This document shows, in pieces, positions 1 to 17,404 of a DNA stretch of 64,000 nt. The notes below the pieces were generated by a model. It was not told where the DNA came from, made no database searches, and was given only the letters and a program-made list of their open reading frames with translations. This DNA is from the human T2T-CHM13v2.0 reference genome, Homo sapiens. The translations under genes were made by a program, and so were the position numbers. How positions within the stretch are numbered: position 1 is the first letter of the stretch; each line of letters begins with the position of its first letter. The stretch lies in the NCBI RefSeq assembly GCF_009914755.1, contig NC_060937.1. One strand, given 5' to 3'.

Positions 1-129
1 AAGTGCTGGGATTACAGGTGTGAGCCACTGTGCCTGGACCCGAGTCCCTCTTTACGACTAATTTTCCTTTCTAGTTTTCTGCAGCCACTCTCTCACGCCC
101 CTGTCCTGTAAATGGCCCAGTAGCTCTGT

Positions 130-313
130 ACGTGGGAACCAGACATCCTAAGTTTGAATCCTGGACCAGCTGCTTTCTCCCTATGTGGTCTAAGGGAGTT
201 CCCTAATTACTCTGTATTTCCATTTCCTCCCGTGTACCTAATTTTTAATACATCTTAAGCACGTAAGACAGTGCTTGTTACCTGGTAGGCACCCAGTAAA
301 TGTTAGCTATTAT
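130..313 (+). mobile_element. MIR SINE
   Basis: GTTTGAATCCTGG...CAGTAAATGTTAGCTATTAT typical MIR core/3' end. Confidence 0.7.
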
Positions 314-385
314 ATAGTCACAACATACAGCTGAAAGGTTTTAAAAAATGAACTGTACATATTAAATCACTTTGTATTCTCACTT

Positions 386-1113
<728 letters not shown>

Positions 1114-1409
1114 CTAGAGAACAGGGAACACATTTTCATGCAAATGGCTCCCCACTTTACGAAAGTGGTTGAAGGAGAGTGGATGTACATCCTTTCCTTT
1201 CTAGACAGCTCCTAAAGTCAGTCAGTTCACATAAAATATACCTGAAAACACACCAATTCCCACTGTGACATAGGGAAGCCTGGCAAGATTCTTCATCAAA
1301 GCAAGGAGCTTCTGACGTGAGCAAGTCTAGCTCTCCACTACATCAGCCAAGTGAATATCTGAAAGTACACGCCCCCTTTCAGAGCTTGCACGAACAATTC
1401 TATTATTAT

Positions 1410-1470
1410 CCTATTATTTGCCATTAAAAGTAATGACAAAAACCTCAATTGCTTTTGCACCAACCTAATA
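1410..1470. mobile_element. MADE1 (mariner-derived MITE) partial
   Basis: TTTGCCATTAAAAGTAATGACAAAAACCTCAATTGCTTTTGCACCAACCTAATA matches MADE1 right half/TIR. Confidence 0.8.
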
Positions 1471-2275
1471 CAACCAGAAAGAAAGCCAAAGCCTCACCGC
1501 ACTGCCTCTAGGCACAGGGCAATTTACCCAGGAAAGTTAGGCCAGGAAGTAAACTTTTGTAACCAAAATAGCATTTTTAATTTACAAGACCTTACATCTA
1601 CTTACTAAGGAATGTTAAGGGAAAAAAATCACATTAATTCCTCTCGAGTACAGCTAGATGGCCATAAATGTTGTCCTGCTTAAAACACAGGACTTCAGAC
1701 TGCCTGCATGTAGTCAGAATTCCTGCCATCCATCAAACAGCCAGGCCAGGTCTGCCTCTCTCCATGTAGGGACACTGTCCAGGGGCTAAAAGGTTGAAAA
1801 TGGCTTTTTTCCACTAGGAAGGCTGTGGGGACATAAGCTGACAACTACCCTACATGGAACAGGCAACCCCGTCATGCAAGCAGGCCTCTCTCCCAAAGGC
1901 ACCTCCATCCCTGCTGTCATGTGGCACAGATGAGCACACCTACTACGTCACAATGCAGTGTAGCCACGCCAGACTGGACCAAGGACACACTCTTAGCCTT
2001 CTCTTCTCTCCAAATTCACTTTATTATCTTTAAGCCACACATCCGTGGTTGGGAAGGTGTCCTTGATTCTTCAAAAATCAAAAGGCATCTCCTGATATGC
2101 TGTCTGGGATTTATTTTAAGAGTCTGAGAGGAAGAGAGGTGGGAGGGTTATAGATGAAACAAGACAGGCCGTGTGTGGGTCACTGTCAAAACTGGTCAGT
2201 GAGTATCTAGGAGTTCATTATTTCATTGTTTACTTGTGAATATGTTAAACATTTTCCATAATTAAAAGCTTTCTT

Positions 2276-2594
<319 letters not shown>

Positions 2595-3154
2595 TTGTAA
2601 AAGGCATTTCTGATATGCACGTTTAAGTTTCTGGAGAAAACAAAACCCTTTGCCAAGTTCTTACTCCAGTGTGTTTAAATTTCACATTGTTAAGACGTTC
2701 AGGTTTCTTGTCAGCATTGCTCAAAGCTGCCCATGGTCAGCAGCTTAATTTTTGAAGAATTGAGGACACCTTCCCAACCACTGATGTGTGGCTTAAAGAT
2801 AATGAAGTGAATCTGCAGAGAACAGCGAGGCTAAGAGCATGCCCTTGGTCCAGTCTGTTGTGAACAGTGCTGCTCCTGGGGTCCACACTGCAGTTATGCA
2901 CTGTAGCCCTCACAGAGCCCCAGGGCACCTTTCACAGTGCCACAGAGACCAGTTCTGTCACCAAGCAGCACAGGGTGAAAGCTCCTCAGACTTCTCAAGC
3001 TGTTCTGACAGAGAAAAACCAAAAATCTTTACTTAGACTATCTGTTTCCACACTTTCTTCGTTAGAGGAGCTGATTTTTTTTTTGTGACTGAACTGAAAG
3101 TATAGTGGGCCCTGGGTGAAATAGAAAGATAAAATAGGAGAAAAGACTATTTTC

Positions 3155-3452
3155 GTGGGTTCTCAAACTTGTGGAGGAGCTCTGAAAAATACCAATGCCC
3201 AGAATCCACCCTGGACCAATTAAATCAGAACTTCTAACAGATGTGTATGTATGCCTGTGTGTGCATACATGTGTACATGTGTGCAACTACGTAAGTGTGT
3301 GAATATGTGCATGCATGTGTGCCTATGTGTGTGGACGTATGCATATGTGCGTGTGCATGTATTTGTATGTGCATGTGTGTGTGAGTGTGCATGTGTGTGA
3401 ATATCTGTATATGCCTAAGTGCATGTACTGAGTCAGGACTGAGAACCATTGC
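3155..3452. mobile_element. MER5-type hAT-Charlie element interrupted by TG-rich repeat
   Basis: TTCTCAAACTT...AATTAAATCAGAA at left, GACTGAGAACCATTG at right. Confidence 0.6.
3241..3426. repeat. Degenerate (TG/CA/TA)n alternating purine-pyrimidine tract
   Basis: ~185 bp of TGTG/TGCA/TATG units. Confidence 0.9.
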
Positions 3453-4722
3453 TCAAGGCCATGCATGTACCTAGATGGCCTCAAGTTCCTCAAACACAAC
3501 CCCCACTAGCCCCGAAAGCCTAAAATCCCTGACATCTCACTTTTGTACTGCACGGTTAGAAGGTTCTTCCTGTATCCTGCAAAGATTGGTCCAGGTGGAC
3601 CTTGGACCCACTGGCCCTTGTTCTAACCACGCAAAACACACCTTGTCCCTCATTCAAAATGTTTGAAAAGATCAAATGAACTGTACCAAAGTCAGAGGAA
3701 AGCTTTTTGTTTATTGTCAGAGTGCTTTTAGGAATCCCGCGTTTACTGCCTGAGCCACAGAAATGTAATACTGAAGGGGGAGAGAGATGAGGACTATGAA
3801 GCAAACACACACAAGGCCAATTTAGATATGAGAGTGGGGATTTATGTGTTTTTATAATACTGGAGTGGGTATAAACAGAGCTATCCACCCTGCGAGAGAA
3901 TAAAAGATCCTCATTATGTTCATAAAGGGATTTTGCAGATTATTTCCTGCTTTAAAGGAAATAATCATGTTTCCTAGAACACATCTATAATCTTCATCAT
4001 ATACAAATAAGCAATAGACTCCCCTTCTTCACTCTCCAGCTGGACGCTTGGGCAAGGGTGTTTTGATTTTCTCTGATTAGCCAGGAAAGGGGGTGTGGGG
4101 GAAGCCACCCTCACCCTCTAGTCCAGCCCAGCAATCCCACTGCATGCACCTGCAGAGCCCCAGGGGGGCAGTGTCGCTCGAGCCGGGGACTCCTTTCCAA
4201 AGATCGCTCCCGGCATCCATAGCGCTGCATCGAGGGTTCCGAGGGCTCCGAAGGCCGGGGAGTGGGACCAGCTCCCACACAGGAGACGCAGCTCAGGGCT
4301 TCTACATTTCTAGGAATGCTAAAAACCCAATTTTCTTAATTCCTTTTTTTTTTTCTTTTTAGAGATAGGGTCTCACTACGTCCCATCCTCCTGCCTCAGT
4401 CTCCTGACACACTGGGACCACAGGCGCTCGCCCCCTCTCCAGGCCCAATTTTCAGTGTGAAAGCTCTTGGTTCTTAAAAGTTGGAAAGACATTTTTAAAA
4501 AACTTGTAAGACACCGTGTGGGTAGAATAGAACCCAACTGCAAGTACACGGACCCCTGCACTTCCCGTCCTTGGCCTCTGTTCTCGAGGCGGGGCCAGGA
4601 CTCTCCACGCTGCCGGAGAGCCCAGACAGTGTCTGAGATTGATGGTCAATAACACAGCAAGGTCTTAGGATTTCAAAAGGATGGGAGGGAGGTCCACCAA
4701 ATGACACATTTTCTATGACTGG

Positions 4723-4764
<42 letters not shown>

Positions 4765-4765
4765 C

Positions 4766-5072
<307 letters not shown>

Positions 5073-5129
5073 TCAGGGGGCTTTGGAAAACAAGCAGGCA
5101 TCCTCGGGAAGGGCCCCCCAGGGAGTTTA

Positions 5130-5552
<423 letters not shown>

Positions 5553-5689
5553 TTAGGTTGGCTGGACTTTCAGTGGGGTTCAGTGGCGGTTCTCGCCAGG
5601 GCATATCTAAAAGTTGAGTATGGCCCTGCGGGAGCTCTTCCTGCATAGCGCCTCACGGATGACATCTCACTTTGACGGTCATCACTGAC

Positions 5690-5990
5690 CAGCACCGTGC
5701 TGTCCCACAGAAATGTAACTCGAGCCACATGTGGAATTTTCCATTGTCTTATACCCACATTAAAAAAAAAAAAAAAAGTACTGATGTTAAAAGATGTATA
5801 TTTCAACCCAATACATCCAAATATTAACATTTCAACAAGTAAGCAATGTTAGAAATACTGACATTTTATATTCTCTTTTTTGCACTATGTCTTCCAAATC
5901 GGGTGTGTATCCTATACTCACTGCACACCTCAATTGAGATGAGCCCCATCTCAAGGCCTCCAAAGCCACGCATGGCCTGGGGCTGTCCCC
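5690..5990. mobile_element. MER33/MER3-type hAT-Charlie element
   Basis: GCTGTCC..AGAAAT..GAGCCACATG at left; GTGTGTAT..TACTCACTGCACACCTCAATT..AGCCACGCATGGC at right. Confidence 0.6.
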
Positions 5991-6210
5991 ACAGGCTCAG
6001 CCAGGCCCAGAGACACGCACATTTATGTACAGCCCTGCAGACCAGGCTTCCCCCATAACTTTTTGCCTGGTTTTGTTTTTTGATTCATTGATTTTTATAT
6101 ATTTAACAGGTTACTATCAATTATAATCAGTATTCCTTTATGGCTGATCTACTACTTGCTACTCCCATGAAGTCTGTAAGACACCTTTAATGAGGTATAA
6201 TTTATGGTCA

Positions 6211-6627
<417 letters not shown>

Positions 6628-7747
6628 TCATGCAGGATGGATCACTTAGGTTTTATTCCTCTTCATGACACGTGAGGTAGTATGCTATGAAACTCTGTCT
6701 CATCGTCATTAGGTCTGCACTCATTGACCCAGACAGGTTCAGATCTTGCCTGACACTACTCACAACATTATTTGGACATACTAAATGTATGCTGGTCAGC
6801 TGGTTCATACATGGTGAGGTCTCCTGTCCTCTGCATGGAGGAGGAAGTGAAATTATTGCTGTGACCCCTCAGTGTTCCAGGCTAGAAAAAAGCAGAGCTG
6901 TGGAGATGCTACTGATGGCCATACGGCCCTGTACGTCTGGGTTGATTTTTTCACCAACCGTGACTCTCTGACTAGGACTAGATTAGGGACCCCTGTTATA
7001 AGGTTTGTTTAAAGTACAGCCTGGTTTTGGCCTTGATTTTGCCTGATGTTTTGCAAGAGACTCTCCACCCAAGACCTAGCCTGACCATCTTTAAGCCACC
7101 TCTGAAAGCACTGGCCATAAAGAGGGCTGCCCATGAAATCAACACCAATCCCTGGAATACCCATCGGATGCCCCACCCTCCTCTAGGCATAAGAAAGAAG
7201 AGAAGGAAACGAATTATTTGCATCCACTGTAACTGGACCGTTCAAGTATGAAAGATGTATACACCAGTAAAATCACCATCACACCAAAGATACAGAATAT
7301 TTCCATCAATCCCCAAATTTTCTTAGTGCCCCTTTATAGTACTCCCTCCCTCCACCCCACCCTAAGTAACTAATTATCCACTTTTTGTCACTATGAGTTA
7401 ACCATTCTCTAAACTACTAAATAAATAAAACTGTGCAGTATGTACTTTTTGTGTTCAGCATCTTTCGTGCAGCATGATTTTGAAGCCCATTGATGCTGTT
7501 GTATAAGTGGTCCCTCGGGTTTCTTTGTTTTGGTTGGTAGCATTCTATTGTAGGGATGTGCCAAAATTCATCCATTCAACTGTTGATGGACACTGGGGTT
7601 GTTTAGTTTTTTGCTATTACAAATAAAACTACTATAAATATTTGTGTACAAGTCTTTTTGTAGACATGTTTTCATTTCTCTTAAGTAGATATATAGGAGA
7701 GGAATGACTGAGACATACGGTAGGTATGTTTGACTTAAATTGTTTTG

Positions 7748-7880
7748 CCCTGGCACCATAGCTCATGCCTATAATCCCAGCACTTTGGAAGACAGAGGCA
7801 AGAGGATTGTTTGAGCCCAGGAGATGGAGACCAGCCTAGGTAACATAGCAAAACCTCATGTCAATTTTTAATTTAAAAAA
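7748..7880 (+). mobile_element. FLAM/Alu monomer
   Basis: Single left-arm Alu. Confidence 0.8.
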
Positions 7881-8986
7881 CATTAGTAAATAAACTGCTT
7901 TACAATTCTATGTGAATTTTAAGAAAATTCCAATTGCTGTACATTCTCACCACTACTTAGTATTATCAGACCTTTATACTTTAGCCTTTCTAATGAGTAT
8001 ATAGTAGTATCTCATTGTGGTTTTAATTTGCATTTCTCTGATGATGAATGATGTTGCTTATCTTTTCATGTGCTTATTTGACATTCCTCTATATTTTTGT
8101 GAAGTGTCTACTCAAATCTTTTGCCCATTTTTAAAGGTTTGCCTTTTTATTATTGAATTCTAGTTCTTTATATATTCCAAATGTGAGTCCATTGTCAGAT
8201 ATATGTATCAGTAATATTTTTTCTCATTCTGTGGATTGAGTTTTGTTGTTTTAATGTCCTCTAAAGAGTAAAGACTTTTCATTTTGTAAACATCCAATCT
8301 ACCAGTTTTCCTTTTACGTCCCATGAATTTTGTGTTGGATCTAAGAGATCTTTGCCTTTCTCAAGGTTGCAAGATTTTATCCTATGCTTTTTTCCCCAAA
8401 GTTTTTAGCTGTTTTATATTTAGTTCTACAATCCATTTTGACTTAATTTTTGTGAATGGTGTGAGGTCAGAGTAAATGTTAATTTTGACTCATCAGACTA
8501 TCCAATTGTCTCAGCACCATTTGCTGAAAAAACAAACAAAAACCCTCAACCTCCGCCCTTTTCCTCATTGAATTTTCATGGTACTTGTGTTGAAAATCAA
8601 TTGTAGTAAGTCCCATGTAAGTGTGGGTCTATTTTTGTACTCTGTTCCACTACCTGTCTATCTAGTCTTATGCCAATGCCACACTGTCTTGCTTAGCTTT
8701 AGAGACTACCCACAATAGTCTGGTCCAAAGTCAGGTCTAGCAGTTTTGAAAGTAAGGTAGTTTAAGGACTCTACCTGTGTTCTTTTTTAAAACATTGCTT
8801 TTGCTATTCTAGGTACTTTGCAGTGCCATATGAATTCACAATCAGCTTGTCAATTTCAATTAAAAAAAATAAATAAACCTGCTGAGATTGTATTTGGATT
8901 CTGCTGGATCCACAGATAACTGTGAGAACTGCCGTCTTAACAGTATTGAGTCTTCTGATCTGTGAACATACTCTCTCCATTTATTT

Positions 8987-9523
8987 ATTTATTAATTTTT
9001 TATTTTTTATTATTATTATACTTTTAAGTTTTAGGGTACATGTGCACAATGTGCCGGTTAGTTACATATGTATACATGTGCCATGCTGGTGTGCTGCACC
9101 CATTAACTCGTCATTTAGCATTAGGTATATCTCCTAATGCTATCCCTCCCCCTTCCCCCACCCCACAACAGTCCCCAGAGTGTGATGTTCTCCTTCCTGT
9201 GTCCATGTGTTCTCATTGTTCAATTCCCATCTATGAGTGAGAACATGCGGTGTTTGGTTTTTTGTCCTTGCGATAGTTTCCTGAGAATGATGATTTCCAA
9301 TTTCATCCATGTCCTTACAAAGGACATGAACTCATCATTTTTTATGGCTGCATAGTATTCCATGGTGTATATGTGCCACATTTTCTTAATCCAGTCTATC
9401 ATTGTTGGACATTTGGGTTGGTTCCAAGTCTTTGCTATTGTGAATAGTGCCGCAATAAACATATGTGTGCATGTGTCTTTATAGCAGCATGATTTATAGT
9501 CCTTTGGGTATATACCCAGTAAT
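8987..9523 (-). mobile_element. Young L1PA 3' end (5'-truncated, ~530 bp) nested in L1M
   Basis: TTTTAGGGTACATGTGCACAATGTG... 3'UTR; ORF 9220-9462 encodes L1 ORF2 C-terminus-like MFIAALFTIAKTWNQPKCPTMIDWIKKMW; probable TSD ATTTATTT. Confidence 0.93.
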
Positions 9524-9641
9524 TTATTTTGATATTTAATGTGATCAGCAATGCTTTGCAGTTTTAAGTGTACAGATCTTGCACATATTTTGTTAAATTT
9601 ATCCCTAAGTATTTTGTATTTCTAAATACTACTGTAAATGA

Positions 9642-9940
<299 letters not shown>

Positions 9941-10583
9941 AAATTTCAACTTTCAAGTGTTCATTGCTAGTTCACAAAAAAACTACTGATTTTTGCATAC
10001 TGACCTTGTATCCTGTGACCATGCTAAATTATTAGAGGAAATTATTAGTTCTGGTAACTTTTAAAAATAGATTCCTTAAGGTGTTCTATAAAAAGGATCA
10101 TGTCAAATGCAAATTGTTATACTTCTTTTCCAATCTGTGTACTTTTATTTCTTTTTTCTTTCCTTACTGCACTAGCTAGGACCTCCAACAGAAGATGAAA
10201 GAGGACATCACACTGTATTACTAATCTTAGAGGCAAGTTATTTGGTTTTTCACCATTACATGTTGATGTTACCTGTGGATTTTACAGAGGTACCCCTCAG
10301 CAAGTTGAGGAAGTTGCCTTTTATTCCTAGTTTGGTGATAGCTTTTGGTACAAATGGCTGGTGGATTTTTCTGAAATGCTTACTCTATCTATTGAGATGA
10401 TGAAATGGTTTTATTCTTTATTTTGTTGATATGATTAATTATATTGATTTTCTAATGTTTAACCTTGTATATCTGGGATATATCCCAGTTGATCCTGATG
10501 TATCATCTTCTTACCAAATGCCATTTACTAATATTTTGGTAAGGATGTTTGGATTTATATTGCATTTATAAAAGATATTGGAA

Positions 10584-11214
<631 letters not shown>

Positions 11215-11330
11215 GAAATCCACCCCCATGGTCTAATCATCTCCCACCATGCCCTACACCCTATCTCCAACACTGGGGATTACATTTCAACATGAAATTT
11301 GGGTGGGGACAAATATCCAAACTATATCAA
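11215..11330. mobile_element. MST/THE1-type MaLR LTR terminal fragment
   Basis: CCAACACTGGGGATTACATTTCAACATGAAATTTGGGTGGGGACAAATATCCAAACTATATCA. Confidence 0.75.
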
Positions 11331-11380
11331 CAATCTACTTAAATGTTAATTTTGAGTTACACTAGAAAAGGAACTCTGCT

Positions 11381-11741
<361 letters not shown>

Positions 11742-12642
11742 TCATAGTGTTGTATATCAGATCTATAGGTATGATAAACCTATCAATAAAGTATTGTTTT
11801 TACTTTAAATATTGATGTCTTTTAAAGAGATTACAAGAAAGAAAATAAAAAATAAATTAGTATTTTATACTTATTGATATCTACTGTTTCTAGTGCTCTT
11901 CATTCCTTCCTGTATATCCTTTAGCATTTTTCCCCCCATACACCCACCCCTTTAATATTTCTTTTAATACAGGTCCCCTGGTAACAAATTTTCTCAGATT
12001 TTTGTTCCCCCGGAAATGTCTTTACGACACTTTCATTTCAGAAAGACAGTTTGCTAGATATAAAATTCTCGGTGTATTTTTTTCTTCAGCACTTTGTGTC
12101 ATTTCAATATATGCAGCATTTATACTGTCTAATGAGAAGTCAGCTTTTAATCTTATCTTTCTTCTGTATGTAACATCATTTTTCTCTGGGTGCTTTCAAG
12201 ATTTTGTCTTTATCTTTGGCTTTCATTAGCTTAAATATGATAGGCCTAGGAGTTGTTTCCTCTGTGTTCATCCTGCTCTTGGTTTATTAAGCTTCTTAGA
12301 TCTGTACATGAATGCTTTTCACCACATTTGAGAAGTTTTTAGCTATTACTGTGTCAAATGTTTAGGTATTTCCTTTCTATTCTTGGATTTCAATTTCACA
12401 TATACTGGACAACCTCATATCATCCCACAAGTCACTGAGATTTCTGTTCAATTTTTTTCTATGATTTTTGGATTGGGTAATTTCTACTAATTTATATTTC
12501 AGTTTACTGGTTCTTTCTACTGCCGTACCTAATGTTATGTTGAGACCATGTAGCCAATAAAAATTTTTTCACCTATTTTGCTTTTCAGTTTAGAGTTTCC
12601 ATTTTTGTAGTTTCCATTTCTCTGTAAAGATTTCCTGTCTGG

Positions 12643-12935
12643 GGCTGGGTGTGGTGGCTCATGCCTGTAATTCCAGCACTTTGGGAAGTTGGGGAGGGGG
12701 AGCATGGGATCACTTGAGCCTAGGAGTTCGAGACCAGCCTGGGCAAAATAGTGAGACCCTGTCTCTATAAAAAAGTTAAAAAGTGAGCTGAGCGTGGCGA
12801 AGTGTGCCTGTAGTCACAGCCACTTCAGAAGCTGAGATGGGAGGATTGCTTGAGCCCGGGAAGGCTGCAGTGAGCTGTGATGGCACCCACTGCACTCCGG
12901 CCTGGGTGACAGAGCAAGACCTCGACTAAAAAAAA
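12643..12935 (+). mobile_element. AluJ
   Basis: GAGGATTGCTTGAGCCC, GGCTGCAGTGAGCTGTGAT diagnostics. Confidence 0.9.
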
Positions 12936-13339
12936 ATTTTCTGTCTGTGCATCACTAACCCTGTATTTTCTCTTAATTCTGACACATTTCCCTTTCATTG
13001 TCTGAATATATTTGTAATAGCTTTTTAAAAATTGTTTAAAAAACTAACAAAATTTGTCATTTTAACCATTTCATGATAGCTGTTTAAATGTGCTGTCTGG
13101 TAAAGCCAACATCTGGTTCCTCCTGGTGCTATTGACTGCCTTAGTTCCTAAGGGTTTCACTTTCCGTTTTCTTACCATGTGCAGTAATGATGGATAAAAA
13201 CAATACTGTTGATAATACGTTGCAGCAACACTGCATTCTAATGGGTTAGGTACTCTGTTTTATAGGTAAGAGCTATGTGCTGCAATTTGACTAAATTCAC
13301 ATACAAACTGATTTCTACTCTGTTCTTATGGCTTACCAC

Positions 13340-13638
13340 TTTTTATTTTATTTTTTGAGACAGAGTCTCGCTCTGTCACCCAGGCTGGAGTGCAATGGCG
13401 CGATCTTGGCTCACTGCAACCTCTGCCTCCCCCGGGTTCAAGCAATTCTCCTGCCTGAGCCTCCTGAGTAGCTGGGATTATGGCGCCCACCACCACGTCT
13501 GGCTAATTTTTGTATTTTTAGTAGAGACGGGTTTTCGCCATGTTGGCCAGGCTGGTCTGGAACTCCTGGCCTCAAGCAATCGCCCACCTCAGCCTCCCAA
13601 AGTGCTGGGATTATAGGGGTGAGCCACTGCACCCAGCC
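13340..13638 (-). mobile_element. Alu
   Basis: Full dimer antisense. Confidence 0.93.
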
Positions 13639-13644
13639 TTTTTT

Positions 13645-13753
13645 TTTCGTTCTTTTTTAAGCCCATCAGCTATCATTAGTATTAGTGCATTTTATGTGTG
13701 GTCCAAGACAATTCTTCTTCTAATGTGGCCCAGGGAAAAGATTGGACACCCCT
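13645..13753. mobile_element. MER30 hAT-Charlie fragment
   Basis: TTTTATGTGTGGTCCAAGACAATTCTTCTTCTAATGTGGCCCAGGGAAAAGATTGGACACCCCT. Confidence 0.75.
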
Positions 13754-16021
13754 AAATAATCCCTAAGACCCTGAGAGGCCTACCATGGTTCCCTGGATGG
13801 TACCGACACAAATGGGAATTCAGAAAAGAAAGAACTTAGCGGGCACTGGGATGAATGGCCGTAGAAGGCCACAAGGATGGGTCGTGGAAGTGGGACTCGA
13901 AGGGTGGACCACGGCTGGCTGGGGAATGCACTTCAGGGGGCGACAGCATGAGCGAACCCAGTGTGGGAGAAAACCTCATAGCCTGGTGGCAGGGGAGGTG
14001 CAGAGGGCAGACCCAATGAGAACAGGAAGGCTGGGCCGGTACAAGAAATAAGTGGAGATCAGATTGGAAGAGGATGGTGAAGACAGTGGCTACCAAGACA
14101 CTTGCCATTCAGGAAAAGTCCACCCGGGGAATTACTGGGTCAGGGAGAATCCAGGTATAGTAGAGCAGGGTGTTAGCAGCAAAGACACTTAAGAGAAAAA
14201 AAAAAAATAGCAGGCCACCGGAGAAAGTACTCATTAACAGAAAGACTGGAAGTGGAGCCTAGAGCCAAAGACAATGTAAGCTAGGAACCTTTGTTAGACC
14301 AGACCTGGTTGAGAAAGAAAGAGAAACAGGGAGGATGGGAGAGAATAGGGGGTAGAGGGGCGAGAGAACACACGCTCCTGGTGTAGAGGAAAGAATTTGG
14401 AAACTACCAAGGAAATCCTGAAAGGAGGAGTCAGCTGAGTCCCTGCTGACTTGGTTTCTCTTTCTACTGTGACCTCAGACAGAGAGGTAGAGATGTGCAC
14501 GGGAAGACTGGAAACAAACACACCGAGTTCAATACAGAAATACCCAGTCACAGGGTGGGGCTTCTTACTCTAACAGTTCCAGCCTAAAATGCCAGAAAAA
14601 TAGTGGAAACACCAAAGCAGGAGAGTTGAATTAAGCCACTTGGCATGGAGAAGGTGACAGACACACACGGTATCGCTGAAGGCTCTTGTAAGCGTCTCCA
14701 AGGTTGACAGACGGCACAGAGTACAATTTGTTCCACTACACTTGGCCACATTCTTGGGCCTACTAGATGCCAAATGCCACTAGCTTTACAACAGCTCTCT
14801 GCTGACTAACAGCTTTTATAAGCCAAATGAAGTTGCTTCCAATTTACATTAAATGTGTACTTCTTGGCTGGAGAAATTTGTCACTGTTAATCATTTACTT
14901 TTGTACAAAACAACCTTTATTTCTATTACATGATTAATAATTCTTCTAATGTCATAACCACCCAAATATATATCAAAACCACAAGGACACACACATTCCA
15001 CAAGTTTGAGCAAATCTTCTCCATGTGATTTCTGTGGGACAGGGGACCAGTCGCACCCAGGCTGGTAGGACAACGATCTTATTATTAAGTAAAGCACGTC
15101 ACAGCACCAGGAAGCCCAGCTCTCCAGCAACTTTACAAGTTTCTGAGCACTAATGACACATGGCATTGTGGTCAGACTGCCACCTCTGCATACCAACCAC
15201 GGGCCAGTTACTTTACATTCTTTCTGGTCAGCGGGAAAACTCATAACATAGGAGCAATTATCATCCCAAGTGTGTGGATGAGGACTCCTGAGGCTCAGAA
15301 GGTGCATGGTATGCCCTGGTTGACACAGCCAAGGTGACACATGGCTACACTATGGCTTTCTAACCAAGGTCCAGCTTCCCTTTCTTCCTTACTGACAGTG
15401 CCCAGTTGCATTGGGGTGGCCACGTGCCCAGGTGAAGTACACATTTCCAAGGCTGCTTAAACCCCCATGACCAAGTAACTGGGTCCTGACCGGGGAGGTG
15501 TTGGGGAAGCTCCTTGACAAAAGAGCCAGAGCCAGAGCCGGCACGTCCTTCCCTGGCTCAGACCTGGAACACCACTGCAGAGGTGCCGTCTGGTGCACGC
15601 CAAGACGGAGTCACTTGCTAAGGGTGGCAGATAGAGAGAGAAGGTGCCTATTCCTGATGACACTGTGGACTGCCGTGCCACCACAGCCTGCTCATCTTCA
15701 GCATCCTTCTTACTCTGCCTCTGGGGGTTAGGCCTCTGCAGTGGGATCAGCTACCAGTAGCTTGATTTAGTGCTTGTCTGCTTCTGACACCTGGGGCCGC
15801 TGCCGAGCCTACACAGCTAGGCTCGTTGCTGGGGGAGGATACAGAGGGGAGAAGAATTTCCTGCCGTTTCCCACAGTACAGGAAAGTCATCAAGAACTCT
15901 TAGGAAAAAAAAGGCATCCGCTAACAAATAAGTCAATTATAGAAGATTACAAATTGTAAAAATTTAACTATGAAAAAAATCTCCCCTCTAAATACACTAC
16001 TACAAAATATATCTAAGATGG

Positions 16022-16190
16022 GGCTGAGCACAGTGGTTCATGCCTGTAATCCCAACACTTTGGTAGGCCAGGGCGGGAGGATCACTTGAGGCCAGGAGTT
16101 TCAGACCAGCCCGAGAAACATAGCAAGACTCCATCTCTATTGACAAGAACAAACCAAACAAAACCAAAACAAAACAAAAAAGCAAGAAAA
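16022..16190 (+). mobile_element. FLAM/Alu monomer
   Basis: Left arm with (CAAA)n tail. Confidence 0.85.
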
Positions 16191-16931
16191 GAAATCTAAA
16201 ACGAGTAAAACCTAATATATAAAAAATTGCATGATGAATGTGGCTTTAATTCAAGAGCTATGAATTTCTGGCAAGTAAATTTTAAGGCCAAAATAAAGAG
16301 AAGCTGGGTAGTGACTATGATAATGGATGTGGCATTTTTTTTTTAATTTTGAAATTCATCATAACCCTAGTAAAAATAGTTCTAAAAGAGAGCATTGTTA
16401 AATGCCATAAAACATTCTATTTCCTTGTTGGTTTTTCCCCTATTTACATCCTTGTTGGTTTTCTCTATTTACATCCACAAATGGTTTGGCAATGACAGAA
16501 ACAGTTTAAATGAAGCCCCCACACAGAATTGCATGCAGACTGGAGACCCAGAACTCGGAGCCCCTCTCCCAGGGCCCCATCCATCAAGCCAGGCAAAATT
16601 GGGGTTCCAGGCAACAAAAACCATCAATCTAGACTGTACATGAGTTCCCGCCTAGATCTCTACAACCACATGACAGCAAATAATCTCAGCAGTAAACGTT
16701 TGGTGTGACACAACAGGCATTAAGTGAACAATATTTATGATCTCCAATATTTTTCACATTATAGCCCACATAAAAAATGCTAATATCTGTACTGCACACT
16801 GGGATAGAAGAGCAGGTTGCTCGCAGTGGAGGGACCCAGCTCCCAAAGGGCTGCAGGGACCAACACCACAGCACGCAAGTAGCCAGTGATTCCTAGAGCC
16901 CACCTAGGACCTGCGCCACTCACAAAGGTAA

Positions 16932-17404
<473 letters not shown>

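Noticed and set aside
1319-1328. p53 half-site GAGCAAGTCT
   Set aside because: No adjacent second decamer; insufficient for a p53 response element call.
9220-9462. ORF resembling L1 ORF2p C-terminus
   Set aside because: Part of a 5'-truncated L1PA; not an independent gene.
14891-15340. 149-aa minus-strand ORF in unique intronic sequence
   Set aside because: Non-ATG start, no recognisable homology, no convincing splice signals identified.
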